Source: Candidatus Saccharimonadia bacterium (GTDB taxonomy: Bacteria > Patescibacteriota > Saccharimonadia > UBA4664). Taken from it: a stretch of DNA of 48,964 bases. Positions 18,870 through 29,106 of this stretch are shown piece after piece. Positions within the stretch are counted from its first letter, which is position 1. Each line of letters opens with the position of its first letter. The translations under genes and the position numbers were made by a program. The notes below the pieces were generated by a model. That model saw only the letters and a list, made by a program, of their open reading frames with translations, did not search any database and was not told the origin of the DNA. The DNA lies in assembly GCA_041743505.1 (NCBI GenBank), contig JBGTMQ010000008.1, forward strand, positions 135,183 through 184,146, given 5' to 3'.

Positions 18870-19172
18870 ATGGCCAGAGATAGGATATACGACATTCTCA
18901 ATCAATCGACCGACTTCAAAGGTCGCGAAAGCCTCCTGAAGGAGTATTTGGTTAGTCAGGTAGAGCGGTACGACAGGGCCGACGAAGACCCTAAGGAGAT
19001 CGCTTATGAAATTACCGGGCTAATGGGAACTCGAGCCCTAATAGGATTACCAAGAGAAAACCCTTTTATGGAGGTACTGGAGATGGCCGGCCAATTAGAG
19101 TTGCCATACCCCCATCGTTCACCCGAGGATAACTGGGAAGCTTTCAAGGCCCTCGTAAGCCAGCTTCCATAA
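18870..19172 (+). CDS. small acidic hypothetical protein
   Basis: SD GGAGGT, 100 aa. Confidence 0.75.
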   Translation: MARDRIYDILNQSTDFKGRESLLKEYLVSQVERYDRADEDPKEIAYEITGLMGTRALIGLPRENPFMEVLEMAGQLELPYPHRSPEDNWEAFKALVSQLP

Positions 19173-19206
19173 GTATATAATCCACCAGAGCCAGAAGGGA
19201 CCCGTC

Positions 19207-19536
19207 ATGGGAAGCTGGGATGATGTTGACGCTTTCAAGTCTGGACCAAAGGCAAAAGACCCCGGCAAGACAGATACCTACTTCAGCCCACCGGGACAGG
19301 AAGACGTCCATGGTCACGTCGTAGAGTCGCAAACCAGCGACGGCCAGACACAATATCATTACGCGAGAGACAACCAACGGAATGTCTATATAGACGATAA
19401 TCCCCAGAGTACCACCTACACTGGTCACCGAACTGAGCGTAGGAGAAGGAGTGGAAACCGCAGAAGCGCCAAATGGGGCAACTACGACAGCGGGTTCAAT
19501 CCAAATGGTCGAGCAGGCCACCGAGACATCGACTAG
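19207..19536 (+). CDS. hypothetical protein (C-terminal frame uncertain)
   Basis: ORF followed by a hairpin at 19554-19586. Confidence 0.5.
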   Translation: MGSWDDVDAFKSGPKAKDPGKTDTYFSPPGQEDVHGHVVESQTSDGQTQYHYARDNQRNVYIDDNPQSTTYTGHRTERRRRSGNRRSAKWGNYDSGFNPNGRAGHRDID

Positions 19537-19723
19537 CCGCACTCTTGATCGCCATGTGGCCCGCAGCTACCATCTGCGGGCCACATCCATTTTGTATATC
19601 AATCTTTCCATTCAGGTATTAATTCCAGCAGAAAATGCAGATAAGCTTTGACTTTGCTCGCCGTACGTAGTATGAATAAAGCCAGCTAGAGGTTAAACCA
19701 AAACCAAAGGATGATGGAGTTAC

Positions 19724-20248
19724 ATGGCAGAGATTACAGACAAGCAGCTCAAAACGCTGAAGAAACTTATTGAGACGGCCGAAACCAATTTGGCCGGCGC
19801 TAAAGAATTGCTGACGAGCCTCGTCGGCTCTGAGGAAACTGTTGCCCCAACCGCCGCGTCCGGCAAAGCCGGTGCCGGCGAAACCGGCAAGATTATCGAG
19901 GGTGCCTTCGATGGCCAGTATATGGTAGGGCCGGATGGCAAGAACTACCCAGTACCGGCCAACTACGCCTCCAAAAGCAAGCTAGTGCAAGGTGACCAGC
20001 TCAAGCTAATCATCGGAGACGACGGCAGCTTTATCTACAAGCAGATCGGCCCGGTAGAGCGCAAAAAGCTTATCGGCACGCTCAATCTCAAGGACGGAGC
20101 CTACTTTGTCGAAGCCCGCGGCAAAGAGTACCACGTACTATTCGCAAGTGTTACGTACTTCAAGGCACAACCTGGCGATCAGGTCACCATGGTCATCCCC
20201 GACGAGGGCGATGCCGAATGGGCCGCTATTGAAGCCGTTATTGGCTAA
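19724..20248 (+). CDS. conserved hypothetical protein of a type common in CPR genomes
   Basis: IIEGAFDGQ.M.GPDGK.YPVPANYASKSKLV.GD, YKQIGPVER, VL.ASVTYFK; own promoter and SD. Confidence 0.85.
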   Translation: MAEITDKQLKTLKKLIETAETNLAGAKELLTSLVGSEETVAPTAASGKAGAGETGKIIEGAFDGQYMVGPDGKNYPVPANYASKSKLVQGDQLKLIIGDDGSFIYKQIGPVERKKLIGTLNLKDGAYFVEARGKEYHVLFASVTYFKAQPGDQVTMVIPDEGDAEWAAIEAVIG

Positions 20249-20342
20249 TCAGGCGCCGAAGTACCCCACAAACTATCTTATCCACTGTCCATAACAGTCC
20301 TATGAGATATAATGGCAACAGTGTAAAAGGGTGGGTGTAGGC

Positions 20343-21860
20343 GTGGCCGAACAGGCATTATATCGGAAATATCGGAGCAGCGACTTCACAGAAGTCATCG
20401 GTCAAGAGCATGTGGTTAAAACTCTAACCACGGCCATTAATAGTGGCCGTCTCAGCCATGCATACCTGTTTACCGGACCACGCGGCGTTGGTAAAACCAG
20501 TGTAGCCAGGCTACTAGCCCGGGCCCTCAACTGTACGGCCGATAACAAGCCTTGCAATGAATGTGCGCTCTGCCGTGCAGCCCAGCAAGCCAGCCTGGAC
20601 ATCATCGAAATCGACGCCGCCTCTAACCGCTCTATCGACGCTGTGAGGGAACTACGCGAGAAGGTCGGTCTAGCTCCGGCTGCAGGCAAGTACAAGGTCT
20701 ACATCGTCGATGAGGTCCATATGCTCACCACCGAAGCCTTCAATGCACTACTCAAAACCCTTGAGGAGCCGCCAGCGCACGCCGTATTCATCTTAGCCAC
20801 CACCGAAGCCCATAAGCTGCCCGAAACCATCGTCAGCCGGACCCAGCGATTCACCTTCAAGCCCATAACCGAAGCCGACATCATCAACCATTTAACCAAA
20901 ATCGCCGCCAACGAGGGGATTGAGGTCGAGAAAACTGCCCTCGAAATGATCGCCGTAGCCGCCCGGGGCGGATTCCGCGATGCTATCAGTATGCTCGACC
21001 AGGTAGCCTCCAGCGGCGACAAGCCAATCACGGGCCAAACAATCCGCACACTACTCGGGCTAAGCGACGGAGAGGCCATCGGCGCCATCAGCCGGGCTAT
21101 GGCTACCCGCAACGCCAAAACAGCACTCAACGCGTTAACCGCCCTCATGGATCAAGGTGCGCAGCCAGGACAGATCGCCATCCAGCTAGTGGCGCAATGG
21201 CGTGAAATCTTGTTTGTAGCAGTCGGCTCCGGCACCGCCGCCGACGAGACAGTCCGTGAGCTAGCCCGCGAGCTACCCGCCAACCGAATCGGTACCATTA
21301 TCGAGGGTCTGCTCGAAGTCACCCGGTCGCATTGGCCCCGCGAAGCCCTGGAAGTAGCCGTCGTCCGTTTGTCAGCTGAAGCTGAACCCGTTTTCACGGC
21401 CACCAGCACACCACAGCCAGCCCAATCCCACAGAACCACTTCCGATAAACTCGCTACCGCTCTAACCCCCAAGACAGTGCCCGCTCCGGACACCGCCTCA
21501 GCTACTCCCACCGCCCGAACCAACTCCAGCGGCCAGGTTGACCATGGATTATGGCCCAAGGTTCTCGTACTCGTAAAACAACAGAACAATTCGCTATGCG
21601 CATTACTGCAAATGTACCAGCTTGATTTTGGACCCGATACCGTCACCATTAAGTCACGTTTTAACTTTCATCGGGACCTGTTTATGAAGGCCGCCAACCG
21701 GCGCGTCATCGAAGAAGCCGTACAAAAAGTTTACGGACGGGCTATCACCGTTACCGCCGTAACTGACGGAACAGGCCAAAAAATCGCCAAACCCAAGGAT
21801 CCATCTGCCGAGCTGGTCTCCTCAGCCCTGGAGATTCTGGGCGGCGAGGTCGTTGACTAA
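20343..21860 (+). CDS. dnaX: DNA polymerase III subunit gamma/tau
   Basis: ALYRKYR, HAYLFTGPRGVGKTS, EIDAASN, DEVHML, NALLKTLEEPP; start may be 20331 or 20343. Confidence 0.97.
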   Translation: MAEQALYRKYRSSDFTEVIGQEHVVKTLTTAINSGRLSHAYLFTGPRGVGKTSVARLLARALNCTADNKPCNECALCRAAQQASLDIIEIDAASNRSIDAVRELREKVGLAPAAGKYKVYIVDEVHMLTTEAFNALLKTLEEPPAHAVFILATTEAHKLPETIVSRTQRFTFKPITEADIINHLTKIAANEGIEVEKTALEMIAVAARGGFRDAISMLDQVASSGDKPITGQTIRTLLGLSDGEAIGAISRAMATRNAKTALNALTALMDQGAQPGQIAIQLVAQWREILFVAVGSGTAADETVRELARELPANRIGTIIEGLLEVTRSHWPREALEVAVVRLSAEAEPVFTATSTPQPAQSHRTTSDKLATALTPKTVPAPDTASATPTARTNSSGQVDHGLWPKVLVLVKQQNNSLCALLQMYQLDFGPDTVTIKSRFNFHRDLFMKAANRRVIEEAVQKVYGRAITVTAVTDGTGQKIAKPKDPSAELVSSALEILGGEVVD

Positions 21861-23269
21861 TGGCAGCAGGGGATAGCACCAAGCACCAAGGCCGCAAAAC
21901 CCAGCGCCTGGGCGACGCCATGACCATGGAAGCAGCCGTCGGCGCCGCCGGAAAGCTGCCACCGCAAAACCTGGAAGCCGAAACCAGTTTGCTCGGCAGC
22001 TTGCTAATCGATAAAGAAGCTATCATCAAAATAGCCGATATTGTCACGCCGGAAGATTTTTACGATAACCGCAACGCCATCATATTTAGCGCCATCCTCG
22101 ACCTCTATGAAAAACGCCAACCGCTCGACCTGATAACCCTCACCAACAAGCTCCGCGACGTCGAAGAGCTCGAGCGGGTCGGTGGTTCAGCCGCCATAGC
22201 CGAGCTAACCTCCGTGGTCCCGACAGCCGCCCACGTCGTAGAATATGCTAACATCGTATCTCACAAATCCACATTGCGCCGCTTAATTGGCGCCGCCGGC
22301 AACATCACCAACCTCGGTTATGACGAAAATGTTCCGCTCGACCAGCTGTTGGACCGGGCCGAACAAACCATATTCGAAGTCTCCCAAAAGAACCTCAAAC
22401 AAAACTTTATTCCCATCCGCACCGTCCTCGATGACTCATTTGAGCGGTTAAACGAACTACACTCCAACGCCGGCAAGCTGCGGGGTATCCCCACGGGTTT
22501 CCGGGACCTGGACAATCTGCTGGCCGGCCTGCAAAACTCCGATTTGTTCATTCTGGCCGCCCGGCCTTCCATGGGTAAAACCACGCTCGTCATGAACATT
22601 GCCCACCATGTTGCCACACGCGAGGGCATCCCTGTCGGCTTCTTCTCGCTCGAGGTCTCCAAAGAGCAGCTTATCGACCAGCTACTAGCGGTCGAGTCAG
22701 GCGTTGAAGCCGAAAAGCTCCGCACCGGCCGCCTCGACGACGACGACTTCCCGCGCATCGCCGAAGCTATGGCCCAATTATCCGAGGCGCCCATCTATAT
22801 TGATGACTCCGCCATGACCAACGTCATGGAAATGCGCACCAAAGCCCGGCGCCTGCAAGCCGAACACGGCCTCGGCCTGGTCGTCATCGACTACTTGCAG
22901 CTCATTTCCGGCGGCGCCCGCAACCAGGACGGCCGGCAGCAAGAAGTCTCCGAAATCTCCCGTGGCCTCAAGGGCCTTGCCCGCGAGCTTAACGTGCCCG
23001 TGCTAGCGTTATCACAGCTATCCCGCGCCGTCGAATCGCGCACTCCACCCACCCCGCAGCTGTCTGACTTGCGCGATTCCGGCTCCATCGAGCAAGACGC
23101 CGACGTCGTCGCCTTCATTTACCGGCCCTGGTACTACGACAAAGAGGCCGACGAAAACACCACCGAGATTCTCATCAAAAAGCACCGTAATGGCCCGGTG
23201 GGGGATGTTGAACTCTACTTCAACGCCGCTCAGCGCCGGTTTACCGACCTGGACCGCTTCCACGCCTAG
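21860..23269 (+). CDS. dnaB: replicative DNA helicase
   Basis: PPQNLEAE, AARPSMGKT, IDYLQL, LSQLSRAVE, SDLRDSGSIEQDAD, KHRNGP. Confidence 0.98.
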   Translation: MAAGDSTKHQGRKTQRLGDAMTMEAAVGAAGKLPPQNLEAETSLLGSLLIDKEAIIKIADIVTPEDFYDNRNAIIFSAILDLYEKRQPLDLITLTNKLRDVEELERVGGSAAIAELTSVVPTAAHVVEYANIVSHKSTLRRLIGAAGNITNLGYDENVPLDQLLDRAEQTIFEVSQKNLKQNFIPIRTVLDDSFERLNELHSNAGKLRGIPTGFRDLDNLLAGLQNSDLFILAARPSMGKTTLVMNIAHHVATREGIPVGFFSLEVSKEQLIDQLLAVESGVEAEKLRTGRLDDDDFPRIAEAMAQLSEAPIYIDDSAMTNVMEMRTKARRLQAEHGLGLVVIDYLQLISGGARNQDGRQQEVSEISRGLKGLARELNVPVLALSQLSRAVESRTPPTPQLSDLRDSGSIEQDADVVAFIYRPWYYDKEADENTTEILIKKHRNGPVGDVELYFNAAQRRFTDLDRFHA

Positions 23270-23340
23270 GACTATGAGCTCTACCGCAGTTTACACGCCA
23301 CCTCGAATTGGTTATGCTTACATGGACATGAGGTACCATT

Positions 23341-23817
23341 ATGCCTAAGCCAACCTTTAGCTCAGCGGCAACTGAAGTGGTGCTCGTCGGTAAGTTTGGC
23401 TTAGTCGGCATGCTCAATACCGCCATTGATTTCACCATCTACAACATCTTGCACTTTACACTCGGGTTGGGCTTAATCAGTTCCAATATTGTCTCGACCA
23501 CCATAGCTATGTGCTTTAGCTTTGTCATGAACAAGCGGCTGGTTTTTCGACACCATGAAGGTTCCACGCTTAAACAAGCCGCAATCTTTCTGGCCACCAC
23601 CGCTTTTGGGCTATACGTACTCCAAAACGGAGTTATCGTCCTCCTAACCGAGGTCTGGCATGAACCGCTCCAACTTGTTGTCGCCATAGTCCACGTACTT
23701 GGTCTAGGAGACGCTTTTAGTGACCGGTTCGTCATCAATAACGGCGCTAAGGTTTTTGGTACAGCCTTAAGCCTGACTTGGAATTATATAATGTATAAAA
23801 AGGTGGTATTCCGCTAA
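23341..23817 (+). CDS. GtrA family flippase-like membrane protein
   Basis: KFGLVG..NT.IDF, SF..NK..VF, WNY..YK..VF. Confidence 0.9.
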   Translation: MPKPTFSSAATEVVLVGKFGLVGMLNTAIDFTIYNILHFTLGLGLISSNIVSTTIAMCFSFVMNKRLVFRHHEGSTLKQAAIFLATTAFGLYVLQNGVIVLLTEVWHEPLQLVVAIVHVLGLGDAFSDRFVINNGAKVFGTALSLTWNYIMYKKVVFR

Positions 23818-25346
23818 TGTCGAAGATTACTCCTCCGTTTGCATGGTTTGGCCGCTACAGCCTGGAGCTGAGCACGGCCCTATTACTAGTGGTAGCCGCG
23901 CTATTTCGGTTCTGGCGGCTAGGGGATCTGCCACCAGGGTTGTATTCAGGTGAAGCCCAGGTGGGACTCGAAGCCCTCGGACTAGCCCAGCATGGCTGGC
24001 TCCCCGCACTCACAGCCGCCAACGATTACGCACCACTGTGGATCTGGCTCCAAGCTATTAGCGTCAAGGTACTCGGCCATACCGAACTAGCTCTCAGGTT
24101 CTGGCCGGCCCTGCTTGGCATCGCAGCCGTCATAGTAACCTGGTTCTGGATTCGGGACTGGTTCGGGCCGCGCGTAGGCTGGATTGCCGGCTTCCTCCTG
24201 GCCGTCACGCCCTGGTCAGTAACACTATCTCGCAATGCCATGCCCACAGCTCTCATCATGCTCCTCGTACCATTAACACTGTGGGTAGCAACCCGGGCGT
24301 ACCACCGGCGTACCCTTGGTTGGAACATCGCGCTGGCCGGAGTAATCACCGCCGACTTGCTGGCCGGTCCGCTCGGTTGGCTGCTAGCCGCCACCGTCCT
24401 AATCCTCGGTGCCATCCGGCTCGCCCAACGTCACGAGCTCATGAAGCTGGACCGCCCCCGCCTCATCGGCCTTGCCGGTCTAACCGTTGGTTTTGCCACC
24501 CTGGCTTACTTAGTAGCGGTATCCACCGATGCACTCAGTAAGATCAGCCAAGCCACCGGGATAACTCAGCAGCTCAGTACGTTTGCCGATGCCTTCAGCC
24601 GCACTCTGTTCATGTTTAATCTCCGGGGTGACGAGAACTTCCGACATAACTTTGCCGCAGAACCGCTCCTGAATGCTTTCGTAGGCTTAATGTTCATAGC
24701 CGGAGTATTGGTCGCATTATCACGGGCGCATGAGCGGCGCTACCGCATCGCCTTGCTATTCCTGCTTGTATTCTTGCTACCGGCCATGATCAGCGTCGCC
24801 GGCGTACCAAACGCGGCACACGCCGTCGCCGCCCTGCCCATCGTGATGACCCTGGCAGCTATCGGCATCTCGTACATGCTCGAGTTATGGTACGCCACGT
24901 TCCCAATCAACTCGGCCGCCCGTAGCACCGGCCAAGCCGTGATTATTTTGCTCCTCATCCTGTCAGGGTTCCAAGGTTACGCCCAATACTTTAGAGCTTG
25001 GTCCGGTTCCAGCGAAACCTATACCGCGTATAATGAATCAGCGGTCGCAGCTGCGAGACATGTCCGCCAGTCACAAGATGTAGCCGAGAAATACTACATA
25101 GCAGCCGCAGACGAATTGCCCGTAGCCCTCTACCTTAATGACGGCCTGCGCTACACACCCATCCAACCCGGTCAGATTGCCGGGCAACCGCTCAAAACCG
25201 GCGTCCTCAAGTTTGTCATTACCGCCGCCGCCCGGGATGAAGCCGCCAAGAGTCTGTCACTCAAATATCCCGGCGGCAAACTCAAACCCTTTGTTTCACC
25301 GCTAAGCCAAAATGAAATTTACTACACCTACGAGGTAACCAAGTGA
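23817..25346 (+). CDS. GT-C (family 39 / PMT-like) glycosyltransferase
   Basis: RFWRLGDLPPGL..GEA, ALRFWPALLG, PWSV.LSR, many TM helices. Confidence 0.85.
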   Translation: MSKITPPFAWFGRYSLELSTALLLVVAALFRFWRLGDLPPGLYSGEAQVGLEALGLAQHGWLPALTAANDYAPLWIWLQAISVKVLGHTELALRFWPALLGIAAVIVTWFWIRDWFGPRVGWIAGFLLAVTPWSVTLSRNAMPTALIMLLVPLTLWVATRAYHRRTLGWNIALAGVITADLLAGPLGWLLAATVLILGAIRLAQRHELMKLDRPRLIGLAGLTVGFATLAYLVAVSTDALSKISQATGITQQLSTFADAFSRTLFMFNLRGDENFRHNFAAEPLLNAFVGLMFIAGVLVALSRAHERRYRIALLFLLVFLLPAMISVAGVPNAAHAVAALPIVMTLAAIGISYMLELWYATFPINSAARSTGQAVIILLLILSGFQGYAQYFRAWSGSSETYTAYNESAVAAARHVRQSQDVAEKYYIAAADELPVALYLNDGLRYTPIQPGQIAGQPLKTGVLKFVITAAARDEAAKSLSLKYPGGKLKPFVSPLSQNEIYYTYEVTK

Positions 25347-26116
25347 CTAGGCCCATTGATTTGAGCATTATTTTGCCCTCCTACATGGAGGCCAAAGGCA
25401 TTGCTCAAACCCTAGACCGGCTGGCAACATTCCTGGCCACCCGCAATTACGGGGAGGTTGAGGTCCTGGTAGTGGTCGCCAGTAGTCCGGATGGCACCGC
25501 CAAAATCGCCGAGAGTAAAGCCGGCCTGTTCAATCACTTCCGGATCATTCACGCTGGCCCCCGGGCCGGCAAAGGCCGCGATGTCCGTTTGGGTATCTTC
25601 GAAGCCAAAGGCCGTTACCGCCTCTTCATGGACGCCGATCTTGCTACCCCCCTCGAGCACATAGATGAAGCCAAGCAACTCCTGGATAACGGTGCCAAGG
25701 TCGGCATAGCCGTGCGAGATCTCATCAAGATTCACAAGGGCGTGACGCGTAAGGCCATCACGGGTATTGGTAATATGCTGGCCCAGGTTATATTACTGCC
25801 CGGCATCAAAGACACCCAATGCGGATTCAAATTCTTCGAAGCTCAGGCAGCCGAAGAAGTCTTTAGCCGCATGACCATCATTGGCTGGGGCTTCGATCTC
25901 GAAGTACTAGCGGTGGCGCGAAAATTAGGCTACAAAGTAGCCATCATCGAAGCGCCAGACTGGAAAGACCCGAAAGCTGCTACCGCCGGTCTGGCAGGGG
26001 ACTCGCCTGCTAAAGCTGCTCTACAGGTGTTTCGTGATCTGCTCCAAGTACGCTGGAACCTCATCCGCGGACTATATCGCAAGCCACTGTACGACCACAA
26101 AACAATCTACAATTAG
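25343..26116 (+). CDS. GT2 polyprenol-phosphate glycosyltransferase
   Basis: LSIILPSY.E, GKG..VR.G, FMDADLAT, DTQCGFKFF, GWGFDLE. Confidence 0.93.
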   Translation: MTRPIDLSIILPSYMEAKGIAQTLDRLATFLATRNYGEVEVLVVVASSPDGTAKIAESKAGLFNHFRIIHAGPRAGKGRDVRLGIFEAKGRYRLFMDADLATPLEHIDEAKQLLDNGAKVGIAVRDLIKIHKGVTRKAITGIGNMLAQVILLPGIKDTQCGFKFFEAQAAEEVFSRMTIIGWGFDLEVLAVARKLGYKVAIIEAPDWKDPKAATAGLAGDSPAKAALQVFRDLLQVRWNLIRGLYRKPLYDHKTIYN

Positions 26117-26127
26117 ATTTTGGCCGT

Positions 26128-27987
26128 CTAGTACAGCTTAAAAACGTAAATACTATACCCAACCTTGGCGATTGGCTTCATATTACGCAGGTATTCATAA
26201 CCAGAGTCACCCCGCAAAGCCGAATACCACCGGTCATTTTGTAAAAACGTCTCAGATATTGCTATGTATTGCCCGGTATAGGGGCCGTATTCAGCATGCC
26301 AAAACTCATAAATACTGTCGCTGCAATCATAACCCGCTGCCGTCGCAATCAACCGCCCTTGGCTATCGTAGGCCCGCTTACAAAAAACGTACTGTGGATT
26401 ACCACCCCCAAAGTAATCCAGCGCCAAATGGGTAATCTCCGGATGGGCATCAGTATATTGCTTAAGCCGGTTCAGGTCCTGACCCCAATCGATACCCGAA
26501 TCACTGAAGTATTTATCAGCGTTAGCCGGCCCGCCAATTAATTCGTTGAAATAAGCCGTATGCGCAGGATGAATCCAGACTGCGGCACCCGCATACCACA
26601 CCAGCAGTACTGTCAAAGTTGCCACCACAGCGTTACGCATACGTGTCCGCACCAGCCGGCGGCTCAGCGCCACCACCGCCACCGCCACAAACACAAACAG
26701 AGGCACATAGATCGGCAAAATATGCCGGATACCCAGATTCAGATTGCCAACTACCGAAACAGCAAAATAAAAGACGGTGAAAAAACCCAATGTCCAAAAC
26801 ACCAAATGGTTACGGATAGAATCAGCTATCCGCTGCCCCACGTTGACCCATCGCCGCCGGTAGAGCACCACTAGCCCCGCACCCAGCACGATAAGCGCCA
26901 GGATCAAAAAAGCTACCTGGGTCTTCATCATAAACAGCTGCGGAAAATACCAGTGGTAACTTTGATTTGTCACCTCGCCGTTAAAGTAGGTGATATTCCC
27001 ACCTGAAACCCGTGAATACACCATGCCAAGTCCAAGCAAATAATGAGCAATGGGTTGCAAAATCACACTTTGCGACATTGCCAACAAACTGCTCGCCAAA
27101 CCGGTCACACCGCCGGTAACCAATGATCCTGATATCAATCGCTGCTGCACATCCACCGGCATATTAACCACATGCGGAATGTAATAGATCCAGATCCAGA
27201 TGATACTTAACACCGAGGCCGAAACTAGCCCACCAATGTACAACTGCGCCCGGGTTATCCAATTCTCTGGCCGCTTCCAAACCGCCACAACAGCAATAGT
27301 AATGAGTAGCAAGATAGGGTAGAGCATGGCACTGCTAAACTTTGCCAACTGCGCCAATGACAGCGCCAGCGACAACAAAAACAAATTACGTGGGTCCGGC
27401 TTCTCAATAAACCTAACAAAGGTAACTAACGCCAGGAACATAAAAACCGAGGCCCCAAGATCAGTCGTAACATAATGACCATGCGCAATGATATTGGGCG
27501 AAAATGTATAAAATAACAACGTTAGCAACGCCGCTGCCCGGCCCCATCTCCGCAGCACAAACAAATACAAAACGATACCAAAACCAATGGTCAGCAGTAA
27601 TATAGGCAGTCTGGACCAAAACAAAACCGCCTGCGCATCATTACCGATGTGATAAAGAAAATTCCAGCCGCTTTCCCACTGGCCATTAACTTCGGTGGTC
27701 CAAGCCGGCTGGTCATCCGGAAACTTCAGGTCCATAAACTGGAGCGGCACCCCGGCCAGATCTTTAATGAGCGGAGGATGCTCAGGATTTAGCCGGAAGT
27801 CGCCATAATGAAGATACGAGTAGGCTGCCGGTACGTGAGCTACTTCGTCTACAATCGCCGAATCGCCAGCCGAACTGGTGACCCCCAGGCCAAACATCGT
27901 CGCAAGCATTGCACCAGCCAGGAACCAATGCCACCTCTGTCCAAAATCAACCAGCGGCATTATGGTACGATGGTGCAGAGACTTCAC
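26128..27987 (-). CDS. GT-C (family 39 / PMT-like) glycosyltransferase; minus strand, mislabelled + in the ORF track
   Basis: reverse complement of 27981-27987 gives GTG AAG T..., with SD AAGGAG upstream; CTA at 26128-26130 is the stop; motifs VDEVAH, NPEHPPLIK, TTDLG, DSGIDWGQDL. Confidence 0.92.
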   Translation of the reverse strand: MKSLHHRTIMPLVDFGQRWHWFLAGAMLATMFGLGVTSSAGDSAIVDEVAHVPAAYSYLHYGDFRLNPEHPPLIKDLAGVPLQFMDLKFPDDQPAWTTEVNGQWESGWNFLYHIGNDAQAVLFWSRLPILLLTIGFGIVLYLFVLRRWGRAAALLTLLFYTFSPNIIAHGHYVTTDLGASVFMFLALVTFVRFIEKPDPRNLFLLSLALSLAQLAKFSSAMLYPILLLITIAVVAVWKRPENWITRAQLYIGGLVSASVLSIIWIWIYYIPHVVNMPVDVQQRLISGSLVTGGVTGLASSLLAMSQSVILQPIAHYLLGLGMVYSRVSGGNITYFNGEVTNQSYHWYFPQLFMMKTQVAFLILALIVLGAGLVVLYRRRWVNVGQRIADSIRNHLVFWTLGFFTVFYFAVSVVGNLNLGIRHILPIYVPLFVFVAVAVVALSRRLVRTRMRNAVVATLTVLLVWYAGAAVWIHPAHTAYFNELIGGPANADKYFSDSGIDWGQDLNRLKQYTDAHPEITHLALDYFGGGNPQYVFCKRAYDSQGRLIATAAGYDCSDSIYEFWHAEYGPYTGQYIAISETFLQNDRWYSALRGDSGYEYLRNMKPIAKVGYSIYVFKLY

Positions 27988-28073
27988 TACACGCGGCTCC
28001 TTAGATTACACCCATATTAGCATAAGAGTTATTTAGCCGTTGTTACAGTCTCCATTAGTAAGGAGATACCAGC

Positions 28074-28361
28074 ATGTTTGAGAAAAGTAAGGCATTATTC
28101 GAACTTAAAAAAATCCAAAGCCAGCTAGCCAAGGAATCTATTGAGGTAGAAGCCGGCAATGGCGCCGTTAAAGTAAAAATCAACGGCGAGCAAAAGATTC
28201 AAAAAGTCAGCCTCGACGAAGAATTAATCCGTGACGCCGATATCACGAAGGTTGAAAAATGGATTGAGAGCGCAGTCTCCCAGGCCATCACTCGCAGCCA
28301 GCAACTGGCCGCCGAAAAAATGCGCAGCGTCGCCGGCGGCCTCGGCTTACCAGGACTCTAG
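28074..28361 (+). CDS. ybaB: YbaB/EbfC nucleoid-associated protein
   Basis: EAGNGAVKVKINGEQKI, C-terminal GGLGLPGL; located between dnaX and recR. Confidence 0.9.
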   Translation: MFEKSKALFELKKIQSQLAKESIEVEAGNGAVKVKINGEQKIQKVSLDEELIRDADITKVEKWIESAVSQAITRSQQLAAEKMRSVAGGLGLPGL

Positions 28362-28424
28362 GCAAGCTCAACAAACATTCTCAGAAATAATAATCCCTAA
28401 TTTGGCATTTTAACCCAAGCTTTA

Positions 28425-28453
28425 TTGACACATGACGCTAATGGCTATATAGT
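28425..28453 (+). promoter_or_regulatory. sigma70 promoter
   Basis: TTGACA-17-TATAGT. Confidence 0.7.
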
Positions 28454-28515
28454 GTTGTTGTTGTATTCTACTGCAACGCTGCTTCATAACTTGTATCCCG
28501 TCACAGGAATGAGGC

Positions 28516-29106
28516 TTGATGCAGACCCCCCTTGCACAAGTTGACCCCGTTACGGCAGCCGGCTTTCTAGCCGAAGAAGCCCATGCGGGGCTGATCGGCT
28601 ACGATGACCACAGCTGGCTTCACTACCTCCAATGTGTCGCGACACACCCGCGACTCACCACGCCGGAGCAATCCGCCATCGCGCTATTGCATGACGCAGG
28701 CACGCCTGAATATTCTCGCTTTGGCCAGGCAGAGCTTGTCGCCAAAATGCAAGCATCTGGCTTTACGGACGAAGTCATAACTGCCGTCCAGTGCTTGCAG
28801 AGGCCACCCAGCTCCAGCCTGAATTACACCAACTGGATCCACTACCTCAGGCGGCACAAACTTACCCGTTGGGTTAAATGGGCCACGGCTACCATCGCTA
28901 TTGAATGCTTTAGCGATAACGTACCAGCAGAACGCATCTCCGCTTGGTACCTTGCCACCAGGATCTTGGAATCTTCAGCCGGGGAGTCCGAACCAACCAC
29001 CCGCGGCATCGCTCACGCGGTACGGCACCATTTAATACCCGACCTGCATGAGTTCACGCATTTTCGTACTGCACGATTTTCTGCCGCCACACCTCAACTT
29101 CCGTAA
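28516..29106 (+). CDS. degenerate HD-domain (small alarmone hydrolase-like) protein
   Basis: A..AHAG, ALLHD, GF..EV..AV..L, VK; lacks the ED and AD..N residues. Confidence 0.65.
   Translation: MMQTPLAQVDPVTAAGFLAEEAHAGLIGYDDHSWLHYLQCVATHPRLTTPEQSAIALLHDAGTPEYSRFGQAELVAKMQASGFTDEVITAVQCLQRPPSSSLNYTNWIHYLRRHKLTRWVKWATATIAIECFSDNVPAERISAWYLATRILESSAGESEPTTRGIAHAVRHHLIPDLHEFTHFRTARFSAATPQLP

Noticed and set aside
19400-19651. Programmed frameshift joining 19207..19536 to the 19451..19651 frame
   Set aside because: No slippery site or homology evidence visible; cannot be supported
26128-27987. Plus-strand CDS or an inverted segment, as the ORF track implies
   Set aside because: The protein is encoded on the minus strand with its own upstream SD; no flanking inverted repeats seen
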